From IMG/VR virus record IMGVR_UViG_3300013014_000024, positions 33,695 through 97,694 of that record: DNA of 64,000 nucleotides; one strand, written 5' to 3'. This document shows positions 57,643 through 64,000 of this stretch, in pieces. Numbering within the stretch: the stretch's first letter is position 1; each line of letters opens with the position of its first letter. This stretch comes from a virus. The notes under the pieces are model-generated. The model was not told the origin of the DNA. It worked only from the letters and a program-made list of their open reading frames with translations, and made no database searches. The position numbers and the translations under genes are program-made.

Positions 57643-58338
57643 ATGAAAAAAATAAGTATTAGTGAAGCGACTACTTCAGGTTCTTCGGGTAAATTTAAGG
57701 TACCAATAGTACTTGCACCCCAACTATGGAAAGACGACCAAGTAGGTCCGTTTACAGAACCTGTTTATCATTATAAGAATGCAGAATTGGCATATGAAGA
57801 AGCTGATGGTGATTATAAAGAAAGTCCTGCCGAAAGAGCAAAAATAGAAAGAAAAACTAATAAAGTTTCTCAGGTTGATATGTATTTAAAAAAATTTTAT
57901 ACAGGTCAGAATGATGAGGATGGAAGCAATATTGCCGACATTGAAGCTCCAAAAGAAGTTATTAATAAAATTACTAATATGAAAGAAAGTTTTCTTAAAG
58001 AAGATTTAGGTGTTTGGTTTGGTACCAAGAAAAAACCTAAAGGCAGTAAACAACCTGCAGGTCCGTGGGTTAATATATGTAGAAAAAAAGAAGGTGGAGG
58101 TCATCCTCCGTGTGGTAGACCTGAAGCTGAAAGTAAAGGATATCCTAAATGTAGGGCAAGAAGTGTTGCATCAAATATGACTGATTCACAAAAGAAATCG
58201 GCGTGTTCTCAAAAAAGAAAAGCGGAAAAATCACACTCAAAATTAGGTACAGGAAACAAACCTAAAATGGTTTCATATAAACCAAAGAACGAAGGATTAA
58301 GAGATTTGATTTTAAAGGTTTTGAAAGAGAGTTTTTAA
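57643..58338 (+). CDS. late protein with Cys-containing basic domain
   Basis: LGVWF...WVNIC...PPCGR...YPKCR. Confidence 0.65.
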   Translation: MKKISISEATTSGSSGKFKVPIVLAPQLWKDDQVGPFTEPVYHYKNAELAYEEADGDYKESPAERAKIERKTNKVSQVDMYLKKFYTGQNDEDGSNIADIEAPKEVINKITNMKESFLKEDLGVWFGTKKKPKGSKQPAGPWVNICRKKEGGGHPPCGRPEAESKGYPKCRARSVASNMTDSQKKSACSQKRKAEKSHSKLGTGNKPKMVSYKPKNEGLRDLILKVLKESF

Positions 58339-58742
58339 TTTGGTTTCATATTATCCAAAATATTTTTTAAAGAATGCTGTATGTTTTTCTTTATTTCTTT
58401 CTCAAAATTGTCTCTTTTTTTCTCTAATGTTTGATTAAAAAAATCAATTAAAGTGTTATATAGTTCATCACTTTCAATATAAACACTATAACTATATATG
58501 TGATTTATTATTAAAATATTACGAACATCAATAACAACGTATATATTTTTATTGTCGTGTCTTATAAATCTTTTATTAGAAATAGGTGCTATATATAATA
58601 TAGAATCTTCTAATTTTATTAGATTTTTCGCAATTTCAACTGCATATTTTTCTTCGTCAGATACTATAGGTTTAGGGTTAAATTTATCTCTTAAGTAAAG
58701 ATAAATTTTAAATATGGGTTTAAACGGTTTGTTTACTTTCAT
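58335..58742 (-). CDS. hypothetical protein
   Basis: 135-aa ORF with TATATTTG upstream. Confidence 0.6.
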   Translation of the reverse strand: MKVNKPFKPIFKIYLYLRDKFNPKPIVSDEEKYAVEIAKNLIKLEDSILYIAPISNKRFIRHDNKNIYVVIDVRNILIINHIYSYSVYIESDELYNTLIDFFNQTLEKKRDNFEKEIKKNIQHSLKNILDNMKPN

Positions 58743-58769
58743 GATGCAAATATAGATATAATCTATAAA

Positions 58770-59234
58770 TTAACAATATGCCCCTGAACAATGTTTTTTA
58801 CCATCTAATCCTTTTATTTTTCCTTGACACACTTGTACGGCGAACCCATTTCCATAAGCTGAGGGCCAAACTTTATATTTCGCCTTTGCCGCCGCCTTTC
58901 CTCTTTCGCATAGTTTAGTTCCAGCTTTTTTTCTACCCTCATTAATATCCTCATAATCCAAATAATCAGATTCTTTTGACATTTCATTCTTAAAAAAATC
59001 AAACACTTGGTCAATATTTGTTTTAGCTTCTGATATATGGTCATCAGCCCAATCATGCCCGTGTTGAATTATTTCATCAATTTTATTAGGGTCCATTTCT
59101 AACATCATTTCACATTGTCTTTTTATTTGTTCTAAATTACTGAAGAACATATAATTACTCTGTTCTTGTTCATTTAAAACTTTCTTAACTAATCTTGTAA
59201 TGTCCGATTCTTTTAATTTTATTATTTTTCTCAT
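58770..59234 (-). CDS. late protein (IKLKESD motif, C-terminal WPSAY Cys domain)
   Basis: 154-aa ORF. Confidence 0.65.
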   Translation of the reverse strand: MRKIIKLKESDITRLVKKVLNEQEQSNYMFFSNLEQIKRQCEMMLEMDPNKIDEIIQHGHDWADDHISEAKTNIDQVFDFFKNEMSKESDYLDYEDINEGRKKAGTKLCERGKAAAKAKYKVWPSAYGNGFAVQVCQGKIKGLDGKKHCSGAYC

Positions 59235-59235
59235 A

Positions 59236-59979
59236 TTATTTCCAACTATCTAAGTTTAGTGTTTTTATTTGGCTTAAAATTTGGTCGTTAATTGTTGAAT
59301 ATTTTTTAAAATGATAAAGTGAATTATCAATAAGAGACATCAAAGCGGTTTTTCTTTGCTGTGGTATGTTTAAGGACGTTACTTTTGTCTTTAACTGAGA
59401 TAACTCATTCATCACACTTTCGTTTGGAATATCCAATTTTTTTAGTTTTTTAATAAGGATTTCTAGTCTACTCATACTTTTAAAGTAATCCATACCATAT
59501 CCTCTTTTAACTCCCTTAATACCTCTATATAAATCTTTAGCATCATCAAAAATACCTTCTTCAACTTCTTGTTCAGATATTATTTTTTTTACTAACCTAT
59601 TTAAATCCGATTCTTTTAATTTAATATAATTTTCATTTATATTATGTTCAACTTTTACTGCTTTAACTGAAACACTTACAAAACCAATTTTTTCATCTGT
59701 TTTAAGTTCAAATTCTTTTTCAGATGGATTATTTGCAAAGTTTATCAATTGATTTAAACGGGATATATCCAAAACTTTACTTCTACCTGACCTTCCAGTT
59801 ATTTTTAAACCTTCTTTAGTTAATTCTAAATTTGATACATTAATTTCAAAATTTCCTGGTTTACCGGTTAGTTTTATATGTACCGGCACATTTTGTTTAT
59901 TAAAAATAATTAAATTTCCTGTTTTAAGGTCAAGTGAAATTTTTGTTTGACCGGGTCCTACAACTATTGATGACGCCAT
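59236..59979 (-). CDS. hypothetical protein (internal IKLKESDL motif)
   Basis: 247-aa ORF. Confidence 0.65.
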   Translation of the reverse strand: MASSIVVGPGQTKISLDLKTGNLIIFNKQNVPVHIKLTGKPGNFEINVSNLELTKEGLKITGRSGRSKVLDISRLNQLINFANNPSEKEFELKTDEKIGFVSVSVKAVKVEHNINENYIKLKESDLNRLVKKIISEQEVEEGIFDDAKDLYRGIKGVKRGYGMDYFKSMSRLEILIKKLKKLDIPNESVMNELSQLKTKVTSLNIPQQRKTALMSLIDNSLYHFKKYSTINDQILSQIKTLNLDSWK

Positions 59980-61481
59980 TATTTTTTATTTACGATTTGA
60001 AAAGTTAATTCTTTTTTATAAGTATCTTCTTCTCCACTAATATTCACTCTCATATCAACATAATATTGATTTGGAATTTTATCTCTTGTATCAAACATAA
60101 AGTAATACTCATTAGGTGTTCTATTAACTTTAGTCCAATCTTGGACTTGAACTTCGGTAGTACCTTCTTTAACGTATATTCTATAGTAGGCTTCAATATT
60201 TTGAAGTAATTGTTGGGTTGTGTACGCCTTTTTAATTGTAATACCAACTTTTCTAACGTCGGTATTTAATATTTTTTCGTCTTGTAATATTCCATAAAAA
60301 TTAAAACCAAATTGAGACGGTTCTTTTGTGTTTGAACCTATCTGTATTTTAGCTTGATAAGGTTTTAATGTAAATTGATTTTCAACATTAGGTATTGATT
60401 GTCCATTAATTGTTAAACCTGACCATATATCATAAAATTGACATGGTGCGGTATATCCTGTTAAACCATTTGGTATTACAACTTCATATACACCTTTAGT
60501 TTTTAAACATGTTTGTAAAGAACCCATGTTTGGTACTAAAGCACCAGACCTATCATTAATTCTCACAAATGGTTTTGAATCTAAATTAATAGGTACTCCA
60601 TTTTCATAAATGTATAAAAACAATTTATTCGTTTGATTTTTAACAAATGTATTTCTATCATCCTGAATCAAATCATCATAATCGGTTAATAGATAAGGTT
60701 GATAGTATGTTTGAGTATGTCTTGTGAAAAACCCTACAGAGTATGATTCGGTTAATCCTGTGAGGTTTTCAACATCAGGCACATACGCTATCCCCCATCC
60801 TGTAACACCTGTTAAAGTTCCTAATAGGATTGAATTAATTTCTTCGGTCATGTCCATATTAATATCTTCATTTCCAAATTCAAAATGTTGTCTATCAATA
60901 ATGGTTAAACCTGAATATTTAACTACGCCCTCATTTTTATTGTTATATATTCCTGGTTGAGACCAGTCGGTGATATTTGTTTTTTTATACCAATTTGAGG
61001 GTCTATCTGAATAACTTCTCGGGTCAACATAATTTATCGGGTATAAACTTCCAAACATACCATTTTGATTCATGTTGGTATCTGTAAAATCATATCCAAC
61101 TCCTTCATCCCAAGATTGAAAATTTCCTGTATTTCCAGATGTTTTTGGTATTCTAAAAAGAATTAAATCAAATGAAGAAGCCCTTCTTCTACCGTCTGAC
61201 ATTTCGGTATTTAATAATTCTTCATCAAATGCACATGTATTTGTCATCTGTAAAGTATGAGTCATGGCAGATGTACACCCTGTTGAGATTTCTCCTGTAT
61301 TAATTTTATCCTGTAGAAGTTCTAAATCTAAATTAAAGATAAATCTTGTGTATCCGTAATTTGGTATTAATAAATCGGACGAACCAAAATTTAATTGTAA
61401 CACCGGATTTCTCCCTGTATTAACATATGAATTAGAGATAATAGTGTTGTTTTTGTTAATATACGACCTAAGTAATGACAT
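59979..61481 (-). CDS. putative virion structural protein
   Basis: Beta-rich 500-aa ORF after the baseplate hub gene. Confidence 0.6.
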   Translation of the reverse strand: MSLLRSYINKNNTIISNSYVNTGRNPVLQLNFGSSDLLIPNYGYTRFIFNLDLELLQDKINTGEISTGCTSAMTHTLQMTNTCAFDEELLNTEMSDGRRRASSFDLILFRIPKTSGNTGNFQSWDEGVGYDFTDTNMNQNGMFGSLYPINYVDPRSYSDRPSNWYKKTNITDWSQPGIYNNKNEGVVKYSGLTIIDRQHFEFGNEDINMDMTEEINSILLGTLTGVTGWGIAYVPDVENLTGLTESYSVGFFTRHTQTYYQPYLLTDYDDLIQDDRNTFVKNQTNKLFLYIYENGVPINLDSKPFVRINDRSGALVPNMGSLQTCLKTKGVYEVVIPNGLTGYTAPCQFYDIWSGLTINGQSIPNVENQFTLKPYQAKIQIGSNTKEPSQFGFNFYGILQDEKILNTDVRKVGITIKKAYTTQQLLQNIEAYYRIYVKEGTTEVQVQDWTKVNRTPNEYYFMFDTRDKIPNQYYVDMRVNISGEEDTYKKELTFQIVNKK

Positions 61482-61501
61482 CAATCTTTTTTAGATAAAT
61501 A

Positions 61502-63010
61502 TCAATTTATTCGTATATTCTCATTTAATATTTTATTTGCCGCATTTTGAAGTTCTGTGAGCATTCCTGTTGTGCTAGAACCATCGTAAGCAATAGGTAC
61601 TGGTGGTAATCCAGGAAATGAGTGTGTGTGGGAGGTTAAGAATCTAACAATAATATTAATTAATTGCATTAGTTCTTCACCTCTAACCATGCTTGAAGTT
61701 TTTGGTATAATCTCTTGGACATATTGTTCATTTGTAATACCATATAAAGTGCCATCAAAATTAATTCCACCCTTTCCTGGTATTTCAGATTTTTGAGATA
61801 ATAAAAATATTTTATCTGCTCCAAAACTTCCCATAGTTACAGGAGTTTTATTAAATTTATAAACGTCCTGACTAGATTTTTTAATTTTAAATGGAATACC
61901 TAATTTATTTTCAGCATAAATTAATTCGTAGCCAAATTTTTTTGTACTACTATTTAATCTTATTTTATTAAAAACGTCATTAACTAACTTATAAGATATT
62001 TTGTCAGTAGATTGATTAACATTTGAACTAATCAAAGAATACATTGATGGAGTTGGTCTATAATATATTGGAAACTTAGAAATAGGATTGAAAATAACTC
62101 TACCATCAATTTTGTTTTTTGAATTAAACAAATAAATTGTTTGATTAATAAAATTAACTGTATCATCAAACCCAAGAGCTCTAAATTCTTGTACTAAAAC
62201 TAAAGATTTTAAATCTTCAATTTCAGAATCAACTTTAATATTTTGTGAGTTAACTCTTAAATCAGGTTTTAATTTATAAAGATAAACATATCCACTATAT
62301 TTGTTTTGAGTATTTTCAGGATTAATTATTTGATATTCAATAACGTAATTTGTCATTACAACGTCCTCATCTAATTCTGTAAAATTTTTTGTTGAATCGT
62401 AAGTTTTATTAATATCAAACTTGGTTAATTGTAAAAATCCTCCCCTGTCGTTACCAACAGGTAAAGTATTTTGTCTTAAGTTACCTTTTATTTTATTTGT
62501 TCTAATTAAAACACCATTTTCTTTAACAATAACATCAGCATTTCCTCTACCTAATAAAGCGTTATCTCCAGGTTCAGGAAATACTCCTTTAGATAAATTA
62601 TTTGCATACGTACCGTCTTGATTTTTTATTGGTAACGGATTCGTAAATTGAACCCCAACACCTGTAAATTTTTGAGCACCTACATAATATTCAAAAGGAG
62701 ATGTGGTTGGCGATGAAAACATTGCTTGCACATAGAATTGATTCCTATATTTGAAATCATTGTTATAATATAGAATATAGATTAATTCTTCTACTTTAGG
62801 TACTTGATATAAAAAATATGGTAATAATGGATTAAAAATGAAAGGGTCTCTTGTTGACCACGGGTCTTTTTTAGGGTTCCATGGTGGATTATCAAAAGAT
62901 TTTAACATATCACTATAGTTGTCCGTCAACAATCTAGCCCTAACCCTACCCAACATTAAAGGGTCTTCATTATCTAAAACAACACATTGATATAATAATT
63001 GTTTACTCAT
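61502..63010 (-). CDS. baseplate hub/spike protein (gp5-like OB fold)
   Basis: DNEDPLMLGRVRA...PKVEE N-terminus. C-terminal HTH(S) spike-tip motif. Confidence 0.7.
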   Translation of the reverse strand: MSKQLLYQCVVLDNEDPLMLGRVRARLLTDNYSDMLKSFDNPPWNPKKDPWSTRDPFIFNPLLPYFLYQVPKVEELIYILYYNNDFKYRNQFYVQAMFSSPTTSPFEYYVGAQKFTGVGVQFTNPLPIKNQDGTYANNLSKGVFPEPGDNALLGRGNADVIVKENGVLIRTNKIKGNLRQNTLPVGNDRGGFLQLTKFDINKTYDSTKNFTELDEDVVMTNYVIEYQIINPENTQNKYSGYVYLYKLKPDLRVNSQNIKVDSEIEDLKSLVLVQEFRALGFDDTVNFINQTIYLFNSKNKIDGRVIFNPISKFPIYYRPTPSMYSLISSNVNQSTDKISYKLVNDVFNKIRLNSSTKKFGYELIYAENKLGIPFKIKKSSQDVYKFNKTPVTMGSFGADKIFLLSQKSEIPGKGGINFDGTLYGITNEQYVQEIIPKTSSMVRGEELMQLINIIVRFLTSHTHSFPGLPPVPIAYDGSSTTGMLTELQNAANKILNENIRIN

Positions 63011-63213
63011 TTACCTCTTGATTGATATTCTTTTAATATTAAATTATACAATTCCTCTATATTATCTAAATAATAAGTTAGATTAATTATATTTTGTTTT
63101 GTGGATTCAAAATCAGTAGTTAGTAAATCCATAGATTTAATTAACTCTGAATTTGGTAGATTTTTTAAATCTGATTGTTGAGCTATAATATTTTCTAATT
63201 CTTCCTTTAACAT
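63007..63213 (-). CDS. small coiled-coil protein
   Basis: 68-aa ORF. Confidence 0.6.
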   Translation of the reverse strand: MLKEELENIIAQQSDLKNLPNSELIKSMDLLTTDFESTKQNIINLTYYLDNIEELYNLILKEYQSRGK

Positions 63214-63216
63214 ATT

Positions 63217-63999
63217 TTAATATTTTTTTCCGGCTGTAGATAGTAATCCATATGGAGGGGGCAATGTTATTGACGTTAATACTTTTCCATTTTGAGTTTC
63301 TTCTTCGTCCATTCCACTGATTATTGACTTTGAAAAGAGATTCATCAGGTTAGGAGAACCGTCAGGCATTGCTCCTGTTGGTAGTCCTAATTTTTCAAGG
63401 TTTTCTATTAAATTTAAAACCGCTCTTTCTGCAGAAAACCCTGGCAATAATGATGCAAATTGATTTAAAAACGCAGGTACTTTAAATATTTTTTTTCCAC
63501 TATAATCGTTAATTAAACTTAACAACATTGCTATTTCATCAAGCAAAGATTTACATTTTCTATAATCAATAAAAATTTTGATAAAAACGTATGAAAGTTG
63601 TAGTAATCTTATTACAATAGCGTATTCCTTACTTAATTTTGATTTTTCAATATCTTTTACAATTGCACTCACTAAATTAAAAAGGTCTTTTTTTAATGTA
63701 TTAAACAATGTTTGAATAAAAATTGTTGAAATTCTTGAAACTAAATTAATAACAAATGACCTATTTTTTTTCACAAAATCAACACTATCGTTAACTGTAC
63801 CTGAAATATTTTGACCAAAAGTTGTTCCTGATTGTAAAACTGAATTAGCTGATTGTATTATTTCATTTTGTGATGAAATTGTTTTGTTTATTTCTTTTTT
63901 TGCCATTTTTTCTAACTCATATATCACAGTATAGAAAGGTAAAAGTACTTTTGGGTTTAATATTGAGGATGCTAAAGCAATTGGTAAATTTTTAATAAA
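63217..63999 (-). CDS. hypothetical structural-region protein, 5' end outside the window
   Basis: Frame is open to the window edge. Confidence 0.65.
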   Translation of the reverse strand, partial: FIKNLPIALASSILNPKVLLPFYTVIYELEKMAKKEINKTISSQNEIIQSANSVLQSGTTFGQNISGTVNDSVDFVKKNRSFVINLVSRISTIFIQTLFNTLKKDLFNLVSAIVKDIEKSKLSKEYAIVIRLLQLSYVFIKIFIDYRKCKSLLDEIAMLLSLINDYSGKKIFKVPAFLNQFASLLPGFSAERAVLNLIENLEKLGLPTGAMPDGSPNLMNLFSKSIISGMDEEETQNGKVLTSITLPPPYGLLSTAGKKY

Positions 64000-64000
64000 A

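Overview
AT-rich segment of a large T4-like (myovirus-type, probably jumbo) phage. The host is probably Bacteroidota, inferred from recurring TAnnTTTG -7 promoter elements, lipoproteins with D-(S/T)-(A/I/L/V/M/T) sequons, and a bS21 gene beside the head genes. The right third holds the head module (terminase, portal, bS21, prohead protease, scaffold, major capsid protein) and the start of baseplate genes. The left and middle carry thyA, RNA-repair enzymes (Rnl1 ligase, P-loop kinase, phosphoesterases), clpP, clpC, hsp20, glycosyltransferases, about 14 tRNAs, several aberrant tRNA-like RNAs, unclassified structured RNAs, a tmRNA with a group I intron, and at least five free-standing endonucleases. 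Best candidates for new biology: (1) a kinase gene whose Walker A codons are interrupted by TAA-CTA directly after an 18-bp coding-strand hairpin, next to a divergent endonuclease, suggesting a 6-nt ribosomal bypass cassette; (2) two roughly 30-codon leader-peptide attenuators upstream of the tRNA array and the HNH-clpP operon; (3) tRNA-like RNAs with rearranged or expanded arms. All structures were read by eye and nothing was computed or searched.
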